Source of the DNA: Mytilus trossulus
Lineage: Eukaryota
Assembly: GCF_036588685.1 (NCBI RefSeq)
Contig: NC_086384.1
Coordinates: forward strand, 992,001-1,056,000
Direction of reading: 5' to 3'
DNA: 64,000 nucleotides
Shown: positions 13,905 to 26,412 of the stretch, one piece after another
Layout of the letters: each line of letters starts with the position of its first letter
Numbering within the stretch: the stretch's first letter is position 1
The notes under the pieces: model-generated
What the model was told of the DNA's origin: nothing
Database searches by the model: none
What the model saw: only the letters and a program-made list of their open reading frames with translations
Program-made: the position numbers and the translations under genes

Positions 13905-14593
13905 GTGACCATATTATTATTTATTTGGTCTGCCAAATTCAGCAGTTTTGACTTTTCTACCAATAAAGTTAACGTCAGTACAATTATTTATGTCGTTTCT
14001 TGTATAATGATAAATTTCACACATCTGTTAATCATTCTAATAAGTGCATTTTGAATTTCCCCTTGTGTTTCTGTTTATCATACATCATCGTTTCTTTAGT
14101 TCTTCTTAATGAATCCAAATCATTTAGTTTTAGCAAAATCAGCTAATATTTCGTTCCTTGCATAAAAATTCCTCAGTATTGTAAAAAAATCAAACTTGAG
14201 TAAAAAGTTTATTTATGACTGTGACCAGATTATTATTTATTTTTTCTGCCAAATTCAGCAGTTTCGACTTTTCTACCTATACATTTAATATCAGTACAAT
14301 TATTAATGGTGTTTCTTGTGAAATGATAAATTTCGCACGTCTGTTAATCATTTTAATAAGTTAATTTTGAATTTCCTCTTGTTTTTTTTTATAAATATTT
14401 ATTTTCATAACATAATGAATTACCGTACACCTAATACAGCTAGGAGCAGCCTACATTTAATATAACTGAAAAATATAAAAATGCCTTGACAGCAAAAACC
14501 TTTAACACAAAAAATATACATTATCTAATTTCATGCAAATATAAATGATGAAATTATTATACATCATCGTTTCTTTAGTTCTTCTTAATGAAA
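13905..14593. repeat. Short local duplications upstream of gene B
   Basis: About 13905-14065 repeats at about 14220-14380; tacatcatcgtttctttagttcttcttaatgaa occurs at about 14081 and 14560. Confidence 0.75.
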
Positions 14594-14618
14594 TGTAGAG
14601 AAATTGATCATTTGAGGA

Positions 14619-14774
14619 ACATCAAAGGTCAAAGGTGATGCAATCATGATGCATTATTATGAATGAATTGACTTTGTGGTTAGTAATCAGTCTTTTATTC
14701 AATTGAAATGTTCAGTATAAAAGAAAGAGTTTTTGACGGTATCAGCACAGTTCATATCCAGCTTCAATAGTAAG
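14619..14774 (+). promoter_or_regulatory. Promoter and non-coding exon 1 of Gly/Tyr-rich gene B
   Basis: TATAAAA 14716-14722; TCAGCACAG near 14742; donor AAG|GTAAGA at 14775; motifs shared with the gene A promoter. Confidence 0.8.
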
Positions 14775-15973
14775 GTAAGATTTTCTGATTTCTTTAAAAA
14801 AAAAAAGGTTTTTTATTTTTTTGATTTAATAAATTTAAGATAGTTTTAAATGAAGGCGACTTTTTGTATTCCTTTAAGGGGTTGCTAGTTCTATTTAATA
14901 TAATATACTTGGTGTTAGCCAAGGCTCCGTATTGTATGCCTTACTTTTTAAAAATAGTTTATAAATTAGACAATTTATAAATGTAAACCATTATAGGTCA
15001 ATAGTATAAGTTTTGTTTTTAACAGCAGAGTAAAGAAATTGTAGTTTTCTATTATCAATTTACTTAGTCAATAATTTAACTGATTTGAGAACGTTTGAAT
15101 GCTACCTTTAAATTTTACCATTAAGAGATGTGTTCATTCAAATATGCATTTATAGACAAAGTATGTCAATATTGAAAATATAAATAAGGATCCACCAAGA
15201 ATAATATTTTTTTCGACCAATCTGGTTCACAAAACATGTATGTTTTCGTGCTTTTTGTTAAACCAAACATAAAAAAATTATCTGATGCTTTACATATTTT
15301 CTGAAAGGATCTAAACATGAAACGATCATGCTTTACATATTACATCTCAAAAAATCTTAAGAACTTTTGTCGAAAGGAAGATCAACAGGAAAAGCATTTA
15401 ATGCGTCAATTTAGGAAACGCAGTGTTAATGGCACGTTGTTTGTGTATCTGTTGTTTTTGCAGGCGTTGAAGACCTTTTCAAAATCACACAGTGTATCAA
15501 CTATAACAGTCACATTGATTTTTATAATTGTCGGATTTAGAAATTGAAATATCGTTTCAAAAATTATCTATCATTGAAGACCGTGTGTTAATTTCCTCAT
15601 TACTTTTCTTTATGAAATGTTGTCAAAAGAAATTAACAAAAATACCAAAAAATAAATTTGAAAAGTCCGTAATTAAAACATAGTCTGTAATCAAATTAAA
15701 AAAAAAAAAAAAATTTGAACCGTTATTAATGTATGATGTATATCAAGATGCATCGATTTTTCTTAAACAAGGAATTTCTCCATAATGATACAATCTGTTT
15801 TGCTAATTCATGTTGAAAGTTTCAAAATGGTTTAGTATCCGGCAAAACTTTTATGTACTATGAGTGAAGTTCCTGTAACAAAAAAAGAAAATTATGCAAT
15901 ACTTTCTGTACAACTAAAAACATTTATAACGAATTACTTTGTTTTCTTTGCAGTACAGACGATCCATATCAAA

Positions 15974-16930
15974 ATGGTTTTCACTTTAGCCGTCGTTTTG
16001 CTAACTGTCTTCAGTTCTGCCTACTGCTCTGGCAAAGACTCATATGGATATGGTAGCGGGTATGGCTCTGGATATGGATCCGGAGTTGGATCCGCAGTCC
16101 TTCTAGGAGGTGGCGGTAGTGGATATGGTGATTACGGACTCGGATCCGGTATCGGATCTGTAGCTGTTCTAGGAGGTTTATCCGGCGCTGGATACGGACC
16201 AGTAGGAAAAGGCGGATACGGACCAGCACCAGTTGTTGTCAGTGGTGGATACGGCTCTGGGTATGGCTCTGGGTATGGATCCGGAGTTGGATCTGCAGTC
16301 CTTCTAGGAGGTGGCGGCAGCGGATATGGTGGTTACGGACTCGGATCCGGTGTCGGATCTGTAGCTGTTCTCGGAGGTGTTTCCGGTTCCGGATATGGAC
16401 CAGTAGGCAAAGGCGGATATGGACCAGCACCAGTTGTTGTCAGTGGTGGATACGGTTCAGGATATGGCTCTGGATATGGATCCGGAGTTGAATCCGCAGT
16501 CCTTCTAGGAGGTGGCGGAAGCGGATATGGACCAGTTTCCGGAGGTAAAGGTGGATACGGACCAGCACCAGTTGTTGTCAGTGGTGGATACGGATCTGGA
16601 TATGGATCTGGATATGGATCCGGAGTTGGATCTGCAGTCCTTTTAGGAGGTGGTGGTAGCGGATATGGACCAGTTTCCAGAGGTTATGGCTCAGGAATCG
16701 CTTTGGGTTCAGTTATTGTCGGAAGCGGATCTGGTGCTGGATATGGATATGGACCAGTCAAAGGAGGTAACGGATACGGTCCAGGACCAGTTGTTGTAAG
16801 CGGTGGATACGGAGCTGGATACGGAGCTGGATACGGACCAGTCTCAGTCGGAGCAGGTTACGGACCAGTCTCAGTTGCAGCTGTCGGTGTCGGAGGTGGT
16901 TATGGCTACGGAAAAGGATCCCAATACTAA
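15974..16930 (+). CDS. Secreted Gly/Tyr-rich repetitive structural protein B (318 aa), paralog of A
   Basis: Acceptor ttctttgcag| at 15953; ATG 15974; signal peptide identical to A; two 67-aa units, then shortened (about 46-aa) units and a unique segment; ends GKGSQY*. Confidence 0.9.
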   Translation: MVFTLAVVLLTVFSSAYCSGKDSYGYGSGYGSGYGSGVGSAVLLGGGGSGYGDYGLGSGIGSVAVLGGLSGAGYGPVGKGGYGPAPVVVSGGYGSGYGSGYGSGVGSAVLLGGGGSGYGGYGLGSGVGSVAVLGGVSGSGYGPVGKGGYGPAPVVVSGGYGSGYGSGYGSGVESAVLLGGGGSGYGPVSGGKGGYGPAPVVVSGGYGSGYGSGYGSGVGSAVLLGGGGSGYGPVSRGYGSGIALGSVIVGSGSGAGYGYGPVKGGNGYGPGPVVVSGGYGAGYGAGYGPVSVGAGYGPVSVAAVGVGGGYGYGKGSQY

Positions 16931-17818
16931 GGTATGCATTCTTATCAAAACACAATACAAAAAACGAAGTATGAATGATAAGACTTTTCTACAATATGGT
17001 AAGTGATCAACATGTCGATATAGATTTGTTGTGTCCGTTTTCTTAAGGATTTACAAAGTTATAAATATTAACTTATTTGACAGTCTTAAAAAAAATCAAA
17101 ATTACTGAACTACGAGGCAAATTAAAAATACGGGTTCAGCTGTCATTTCCGTTTCGTCCATGTCGATCGAACAAACCCAAAAAGCACAAAAAATGTATAT
17201 CAAATTTACCAACTGAGTGCATTGCCTACAGCTATGTTTGCATTATATTTATTGATGTTAAACCAGCCCATTTAGGATTGAAATATGTTTAGTCCTGTTA
17301 AAAAATGGCTAATTTAAGATACACTGTAATGAAGAATCGCACGTTTGACGTCAGAATGTAAACGTCACACAGGAAGAGATTTAAAATAATTATGTCGTTC
17401 AAAGTATGCTAAAAATTATAATCGAGCAGTTTCATAATGGCGGGATGTTTAAAGTACAGAGCTACGTCATATGTATAAAAAAAAAAAAAAAAAAAAAAAC
17501 ACACTGACAAAGCACACTAGCAAAAATTTAAGATTGATTTTCCTCGCAGTATTTTTGTGGTTTTACATTGAACACGACAATTGAAACAAATACAAAAGGA
17601 CATTATTTCTGATTAGTTGGCATTAGTACGGAAATATTTTTACAGTTCACATGTCGTTGAGCGGTCTAATTTTCCTAACTCGAGTTTTCCTAGCTATTTA
17701 AAATGTTAAATTTAGAAAAGTTTACAAGTTTTAATTGATAGAATGGACACGTAATGATCATTCAAACATACATAGACAAATGATAGACATTACTTATTTT
17801 GTTTTTTTATATTTTCAG

Positions 17819-17959
17819 GTGAAGTGATTATGAAGAAAGTCCCTAATGATAATGAATCCATACCATTATGACAGCAGTTCTTGGTTTCTGTAACATTCCC
17901 TCATACACCAAGAGCTGTATCACGTTATCATTATTGTATAGATGAAGTTCATTAATAAA
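17819..17959 (+). other. Non-coding 3' exon of gene B with poly(A) signal
   Basis: Donor TAAG|GTATGC at 16932; acceptor tattttcag| at 17818; AATAAA 17954-17959. Confidence 0.75.
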
Positions 17960-19112
17960 TGTAACCCGCAACAATTAATTATGCGTTACCATTTTTATAC
18001 TCCATATTTATCGTATGTAGTATCAATAAAAAGTATAAAGACAAAAATACCTAGCCCAGAGGAAAAAGACGAAATCAAAAACTAAAACACAGCAAACAAA
18101 AGAATAACAACTGTCATATCCCTGACTTAATAAATGCATTTTCGTATGTAGAAAACGGTGGATTACACATGGTTTTATAGCACGCTAAACCACTCACTTG
18201 TATTTCAATCGAATAAATTTATATTATATGAACAACGATACTTGAACAAAACAAACAGACATAATAGGTAAAACGTATCAAGAAATGTCATGATATGTAT
18301 GCCTATGTTATAAATTTTATAAGAACATTTTAGATTTATTTCTACCAAGTTCAGTAATATTTTCGAAAATCCTGAATATTTTGACTGGTTGTTAATTTCC
18401 ATAAGCTATAAAGTCTACTTAACTGAAATAATCCCTGGTTTTTGGTGGTGTTCGTGTTGCTTATTTTTTTAGTTTCTTTGTTGTGTCATGTGTTGTATTG
18501 TTTGTCTTTTTCCTTTTAGCCATGTCAGTTTATTTTAGATTTATGACTTTGACTGTCCCTCTAGTATCTGTCGTCCCTCTTTTAATGATCTCGGATGTGC
18601 ACAACCTTTGAATTATAAGCATCGAATTTTTAATCACTTTTTTTGAAATACCAAAATAAAAAATAGCCTTGATAAATCTATTTATAATTGAAATTATCAA
18701 AAGTCCTGAACTGACTGCCAGAGTTAATCAATTTAAAAGACCATTCATAAATTATTTTGACGCTTTTTAATAAAAAATTAAAATAAAAAAATACAACAGA
18801 TACCACATGGTTATTTTACATCACAGTAGTAGATGAAAACTACAATATTATAACAATCGACTTAAACACTAATATCGGTAAACACAACACTACATGGAAA
18901 ACCTAGAATTAAGTTAAACCTACCTTTACCTTTACAAGAGAAGCAAACAATACTAGAATGACATTTAAACTCATAAATCGAAAATGAAATGCCACAGACC
19001 GTTAAAAATGAACATATCAATAGTACACAAAACATATGAAACAAACTATTTGAGCCAGCATTGTAACAGGCCTTATAAAGTAAAGCACTTGTTGTATTGT
19101 TCTGTAGATTAC

Positions 19113-20701
19113 TTTTTAGCTCACCTGGCCCGAAGGGCCAAGTGAGCTTTTCCCATCACTTTGCGTCCGGCGTCCGTCGTCCGTCGTCCGTCGTCCGTCG
19201 TCGTTGTTAACTTTTACAAAAATCTTCTCCTCTGAAACTACTGGGCCAAATCAAACCAAACTTGGCCACAATCATCATTGGGGTATCTAGTTCAAAAAAT
19301 GTGTGGCGTGACCCGGTCAACCAACCAAGATGGCCGCCAGGGCTAAAAATAGAACATAGGGGTAAAATGCAGTTTTTGGCTTATAACTCAAAAACCAAAG
19401 CATTTAGAGCAAATCTGACATTGGGTAAATATGTTTATCAGGTCAAGATCTATCTGCCCTGAAATTTTCAGATGAATCGGTCAATCGGTTGTTTGGTTGC
19501 TGCCCCTGAATTGGTAATTTTAAGGAAATTTTGCTGTTTTTGGTTTTTATCTTGAATATTATTATAGATAGAGATAAACTGTAAACAGCAATAATGTTCA
19601 ACAAAGTAAGATCTATAAATAATTCAACATGACCAAAGTGGTCAGTTGACCAGTTTAGGAGTTATTGCCCTTTATAGTAAATTTTTAACCATTTTTCGTA
19701 AATTAAAGTAATCTTTTACAAAAATCTTCTCCTCTGAAACTACTGGGCCAAGCTAATCCAAACTTGGCCACAATCATCTTTGGGGTATCTAGTTTTAAAA
19801 ATGTGTGGCGTGACCTGGTCAACCAACCAAGATGGCCGCCACGGCTAAAAATAGAACATAGGGGTAAAATGCAGTTTTTGGCTTATAACTCAAAAACCAA
19901 AACCTTTTGAGGAAATTTGACAGAGATAAAAATGTTTATCAGGTCAAGATCTATCTGCCCTGAAATTTTCAGATGAATCAGTCAATTGGTTGTTGGGTTG
20001 CTGCTCCTGAATTGGTAATTTTAAGGAAATTTTGCTGTTTTTGGTTTTTATCTTGAATATTATTATAGATAGAGATAAACTGTAAACAGCAATAATGTTC
20101 AACAAAGTATTATCTACAAATAAGTCAACATGACCGAAATGGTCAGTTGACCCGTTTAGGAGTTATTGCCCTTTATAGTCAATTTTTAACCATTTTTTCG
20201 TAAATCTTAGTTATCTTTACAAAAATCTTCTCCTCTGAAACTACTGGGCCAAATTAATCCAAACTTGGCAACAATCATCTTTGGGGTATCTAGTTTTAAA
20301 AATGTGTGGCGTGACCAGGTCAACCAACCAAGATGGCCACAAAGGCTAAAAATAGAACATAGGGGTAAAATGCAGTTTTTGGCTTATAACTCAAAACCAA
20401 AGCATTTAGAGCAATCTGACTTGGGGTGAATTTGTTTATCAGATCAATATCTATCTGCCCTGTAATTGGAAGATGAATTTGACAACCTGTTGTTGGGTTG
20501 CTGCCCGTGAATCGGTAATTTTAAGGAAATTTTGCTGTTTTTGGTTATCATCTTGAATATTATTATTATAGATAAAGATAAAGATTTAAAAACACATCAC
20601 CATCAACAAAACACAATTTTGTCATGAATTCATCTGCTTCCTTTATTTAATATTCACATATAACAAGGTGAGCGACACAGGCTCTTTAGAGCCTCTAGTT
20701 T
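19113..20701. mobile_element. Helentron-associated non-autonomous element (HINE/DINE-1-like) with internal ~502-bp tandem repeats
   Basis: gctcacct (about 19119) and aggtgagc (about 20666) subterminal inverted repeats; ggcccgaagggcc hairpin; (cgtccgt)n microsatellite; about 2.7 copies of a 502-bp unit (19212, 19714, 20216); terminal hairpin aggctctttagagcct followed by ctagttt; T-rich target. Confidence 0.85.
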
Positions 20702-23700
20702 ACAGTACTTATTGCATACAAAAAATTTCAAATACGATTAAAATATCCCACACTTTTTTTGTAGTTCCTGTGACCTTTTAAAGTATCTTACATGGCTTTG
20801 ATGTCCTTACATCACTTAGGCGTAAAATCACAAAAATATTGAACTCCGAGGAAAATCTAAAACGGAAAGTCCATATTCAAATGGCAACATCAAAAGCTCA
20901 AACACATCGCACGAATAGACAACAACTTTCAATAAAATAACTTGGTACATGCTATTTCTTTAGTGAAAAATGGTGGATCAAACCTAGTTTTAAACTAGTA
21001 GTTAGCTAAACCTCTCACTTCTATGCACTCCTATACAGTTCCATAATAATGTCAACGATGTGTGATAAAAAAAAAGATAATAGGTAAAAATGACAAAAAT
21101 ACGGTTTCACTATGACAACAAAGACAAATATATTAACAAACATTTAACATGAAACAGATTATTTAGATTTGTCAGGAAATTAAAATAGAAGATTTACATG
21201 CAACGGTCTTTTATATCTATATAGAGTAAGGATTTTTCTGATTGTTGAAAGCTGTAATATTACCTTTACCCTCTAACATCAACTTCATTTGTACTTTGAT
21301 GATTAGTTGTCATATACGTTGTCCTGCTACTTCTCCTTATTTTCATATCAAAGTGCCTAACACATTTACCACTGGAAGCATAAATCTTTATAAAGCAATT
21401 TTGCACATATGTGTTTTGAATGAAACAGCGTTGTGTGTTGAGTTGTTTCTGATAATATATTTAAAAGAAAAATAAGGTATAGTTTTAACTAGTTATATCA
21501 ATTGTTCAAAGCTATCTGGCAATTCGCCGTTTCAGAGTTAAATGCATTCTGGGTAATATTTTCAAAGGCGTAAACCAAAACATTGTGATTGGTTTAAAAC
21601 GTTCTAAACAATAGAAATGCATCCAATAACGTGACGTCATTCTGGTGTACGAACAATAAGATTACCCATAATCCTATAGATTTGGAAAAGAAGAGTTGAG
21701 TTTTGCATGTTCCGCCGAGTGACAGCATTTTTTTTCTCTCCATATTTTATGAACTATCCCTATTTGAATTTGCCTTGGCTCTTCGATGATTTTCTAGCTT
21801 TTTTGCTGAAAGGTTGAAATTTTCTGCACTTTATTTTTCAGAGATCATTCTCTATTCATTTATCAACTATTTATCTATCACAATTTGGAACAATCAAGTG
21901 CAGTTTTAATGGACAAATACTAGCTCTTATAATTTCATCTTTCTTTAGATATAATAGGGGTCTTTTTTTAACCACGAATTGTATGGTTTTCATCCCGGAT
22001 AAGAGCATTTCGTTATCTTGAGGAGTGGCCAATTTTATATACAAGGTGATAGGACGTGGCGCTGGAATATGTCACCTTTTTAGGCTTAAAAATATAACAA
22101 TTGGGAAAGGTTACAGTTGTACCTAATGAAAAGGGTGGATAAAAGAACCTCAGCGGTACCCTATCAATTAAGTATTGACGTTCTCCCGATCCAAGTAAGA
22201 AATACATTTCTCCACTTATTGCAATGTTTTTCGGATTAGATGATAAGAAACTACGATTTGTTTAGAATAGAATTATTAAAAAAAGATTATTATTCTCATC
22301 CGTATATATCATTACATTTTATTCGTGTGATTAAGAAATTATTCAATCCGAATCAAGAAATCGTTGAGGCTTTGAAGAAATCATTATGACAATTTCTTCA
22401 AAGACGACATTAAACCTGAATGCCCTTTCATAACTATTACATTGTTTTTCTGTTCAATTTGCTAACTTTTTTATAACTTTATCATATTTCCGTTGAAGCA
22501 TTAGTTAGGTTAACATGTTTTTCATTTGTGTGTTAGCAGATGTAGTTAAATGTACAATATGATTTACTGAACAAATTTTACAGTTAAAATAGAAAAGAAA
22601 AAAAAAGTAACAAATATATATACTGAACTCAGTTCAAGACGTAAAGTCTTTAATTAAATGACAAAATCAAAAAGCTATGAGTTTGACTGTCCCTTTGGTA
22701 TCTTTCGTCCCTCTTTTAAACACATCAAACCTAAAGATCACTACTGTCATATTTCTTACTTGGTACAGGCATTTCTCTTATGTAGAATATGGTGGATTAA
22801 ACCTGGTTTTATAGCTTGTCAAACCTCTCACTTGTATGACAGTCACAACGATGCGTGAACCCCCCCCCCCCCCCCCCAAAAAAAACCCCAGTAGATTGAT
22901 ACAGTCGATATCTGATTAAAAGATAAAATGTGTGACCCCGCCATATTATGTGTATGTCTATGCCGGTAGGTGCCTGTAATTTAGCTATTTTCTTTGATTG
23001 CTGTTTGTCATGTATGATTGTATGTTTATTGATCTTTTCGAGGTTTACGTGTTTAAATTATTTATAGTTTGTCTCTTTTGGATTGTTTATAGCTCACAAT
23101 ACGTAATACAGAATGGCGAACGGTGACCTATAGTAGTTTAATTTCACTTCGTTTTGGTCTCTTCTCGATATATGTCTCATTAGCTATCATACCACATTCG
23201 TACCTTTTTTTGTTTTGTGGTTCATTTTTGGCGGCTTTGCAATTCCACATATTAAGAGAGTCAGTTTACCAAATGTGTTAACAACTATGTATTGAAGAGT
23301 CGTATAGCAATGACACGTGCATTGTATTTGTAAAATATCATCAAAGATAAAAAAAAAACAAAAAAAAAACATTGATATGGCAGACGTTTCAGTAACAACA
23401 CATCTCATACCACTTGATATTATATGGTTAAACGTCCTCATCCACAGTCTATCAAACTAATACCCTAATGTCTTCATATTTCTAAATGCCTGTACCAAGT
23501 CATGAATATGACAGTTGTTTGACAGTTCGTTTGATGTGTTTGAGTCTTTGATTCTGCCTTTTGACTTTTCTTTTTGAATTTCATTATCATAATTAATTTG
23601 TATACTTAGTCTCGCAAAAGAAATAAATATTTAACGGCATGGTGATAATAAAGGATTATAATGAAATTTTAAGAAAGTAGCAAATGAGGCAGAAAAGTAA

Positions 23701-23982
23701 AATGTTATTAGTTCTAAAAAGTCGTTCACTTCGAATGTTGTCTTTGAAGAACAAGTTTGAAGTAATTCTCGATTCTGATTGATTAATTTCTTGATAAAAC
23801 GCATAATCCGTTTATCAAAAATTGAAAACAACACGTTTAATAATTTAAAGCGTCCGACGCGCTTTTGTTTTTTATTTATCTTCACCAATACCGCATAAAG
23901 CCAAAAAATTTAAATTCGAGGGATGTATAAGTACTGAAAGAGTTGAAGATAGTTATCAAAGGTACCAGGATTATAATTTAGT

Positions 23983-24026
23983 ACGTCAGACGCGTGTTTT
24001 GTCTACACAATACTCATCAGTGACGC
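23983..24026 (-). ncRNA. Degenerate hammerhead ribozyme of a retrozyme-family copy
   Basis: Reverse complement gcgtca-CTGATGA-gtattgtgtagac-AAAA-cacgcgtc-tgacgt; GAAA mutated. Confidence 0.6.
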
Positions 24027-24885
24027 TCATGTCAAAATATTTATAAAGCCAAAGAAATAGAAAATGAAGAGCATTGTGGATCCAAAATTCCAAAAAGATG
24101 TGCCCAATACAGCAAAAGTCATCTATGCCTGGAATAAAAAAATCCTTAGTTTTACGAAGAATTCAAAGTTTTGTAAACAAGAAAAGAGCTATATGAAAAA
24201 CATACCATCTAAAACAATAGCCAAATTCATCAAAGGTCACCTTTTTCTTTATGGATTAACATATTTTAAATATTCTATTTTATTTAATAGTTATTTCTTC
24301 ATGTCTTTTTCGGGAAACATTTCAATAAGTTTAGAAATGTATTATTATTATGATCTCATTCAGGAAGAAACAAAAATAATGACAGAACAAAAACTCAAGC
24401 ATAATAGGTAACTATCGATGATGACAAAAGGTGACCACGTATGTAATCTTACTAATGAAAGAGAGATGAAATCATTGAAGCTAGTATTTGTCCACTGAAA
24501 ATGAACTTGACTATACAGTTTTCCAATCTCTGCAAAATTATAAAAGATAAATAGTTGACAGATGAATAGAAAAATTGGCCTGAAAATTTGAGTTCCAAAA
24601 AATGTACTAAGAACAATAGAAATACTACCACCTAATGCACATGCAATGAATGACATTACTAATGCATAGCTAGCGCATAGAATTAGGAGGCATATCTCTG
24701 TGTATGATCAAGTCAGTCTCATATCTTAAATCTTAAAAGTAGTAAAATTATTAAACCAATCAAAATAATACTACTAAAATATCAAAGTCATGGTTTCAGA
24801 TTTTATAAACTTCATCGAATGCTAATTCTCACGCTAAACGAACTTGCTAATTATAATATCTCTCGGCATTCTTAGCTAACGTTAA

Positions 24886-25380
24886 ATAAAGGCAACAGGG
24901 GTATACCGCTGTTCAAAACTGATAAATCCATGGACAAAAAAAATCGGGGTAACAAACTAAACTGAGGGAAACACATAAATTATAGGAGGAGACCACATTA
25001 ACATGTAACAAACACAGAAACGGACTAAGCATTAGACAAAATCCTATGAAAATAACAAACATAACATCAAAACAAATACATGAATTGGGATAGATAAATA
25101 CCGTGACACGTCTTATAGTAATGTGAATTCACACTCAAAAATAAGAGAAAACAAACAACACAACGGAAACACAACTTTAAAATGTAACACGCACAGAACA
25201 GAACTATAATATAACAATTGCCTTATTCCTGACTTGGAACAGGATATTTTTTAAAGGAAAAATGGTGGGTTGAACCTGGTTTTGTGGCATGCCAAACCTT
25301 CCTTTTTAATGGCCATATGAAATATAACATTAAAATGACGACACAACATTACAGGACTACATTGTAAATAAATAGGAGAA
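24886..25380 (+). repeat. Interspersed repeat family (aaataaaggcaacag...tataccgctgttc), representative copy
   Basis: Related copies near 314, 9229-9700, 42040-42411 (-) and 49660-49760 (-). Confidence 0.75.
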
Positions 25381-25700
25381 CACATTTGACTATTTGAATA
25401 ATATTACTAAACATCCAAATTAGTCAGGCTTCTGATGTTAATATTGCATTTAAAATCACTTACTTAAATTTATGATTCCCAAGCCTTACAAACATGTAAT
25501 TTATCTGGCTCTTGCCATTTTAACATTAAATTACTTTTAAAGTCCCTATATAAATGTTTATATATAAAGTAACGACTTGTTGTATATACACTGGTTATTT
25601 TGGTGGAGGATACAGTTCATTCATATTTTACAAACAATTTATTGTGTTTTAATATACAGATACTGTTATAATTTATCGGTCTCATCAGATTGCTCCTCAA

Positions 25701-25837
25701 NNNNNNNNNNNNNNNNNNNNNNNNNNNNNNNNNNNNNNNNNNNNNNNNNNNNNNNNNNNNNNNNNNNNNNNNNNNNNNNNNNNNNNNNNNNNNNNNNNNN
25801 NNNNNNNNNNNNNNNNNNNNNNNNNNNNNNNNNNNNN
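25701..25837. other. Assembly gap (137 N)
   Basis: Run of N. Confidence 1.
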
Positions 25838-25948
25838 GAAAAAAATATTTTAAAAATTACGAGATCCAAGTCAAATTCAAGAAAAGGAAGTCGATGACAA
25901 TTGACATAGATAATACGGAAAACAAATTGACAGATTGCTTGGTACAGG

Positions 25949-26023
25949 TGATATAGTAATATCATAGGTGAGCCCTTGCTCGATATGACCAAATTTATAT
26001 AAGTATTGGGTGAAAATTGGGTT
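25949..26023 (-). repeat. Split direct repeat B2 (element 3' end)
   Basis: Identical to 26338-26412. Confidence 0.95.
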
Positions 26024-26062
26024 TGAACTTAGCCATATCGAGATACATGTACTTCCGTGGTG

Positions 26063-26094
<32 letters not shown>

Positions 26095-26136
26095 GACGGC
26101 ACACGTTCATTCCATCTATACGGTACCACCATTTTA

Positions 26137-26274
26137 CACAGAACATGTGCAAATCCACCTTTGTATCGACATCATGCACAGAGTGTGTGCAAGTCCACCT
26201 TTGTATTGACAGCATGCACAGAGCATGTGCAAGTCCACCTTTGTATCGACATCATGCAGAGCATGTGCAAGTCC
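26137..26274. repeat. 40-bp tandem repeat (about 3.4 copies) in the A2-B2 spacer
   Basis: tgtgcaa(g/a)tccacctttgtat(c/t)gaca(t/g)catgca repeated; nearby T29 tract at 26063-26091. Confidence 0.9.
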
Positions 26275-26284
26275 CGCTTAGCTC

Positions 26285-26412
26285 TGATAGCAGCGGCCAA
26301 ACTGAATGTATTGGTCAAATCTCGCGGGACTCACTTATGATATAGTAATATCATAGGTGAGCCCTTGCTCGATATGACCAAATTTATATAAGTATTGGGT
26401 GAAAATTGGGTT
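26285..26412 (-). repeat. Internal B1-A2 junction (copy of the circle junction)
   Basis: 26285-26342 equals 34164-34221; 26338-26412 equals 25949-26023; 5-bp TGATA overlap. Confidence 0.95.

Noticed and set aside
6918-16955. Series of - strand ORFs (MLVRIRL...) over genes A and B
   Set aside because: Antisense shadows recurring with the 201-nt repeat period
24360-24720. Hydrophobic - strand ORF resembling a membrane protein
   Set aside because: No recognisable domain or splice framework; hydrophobicity is expected from T-rich DNA
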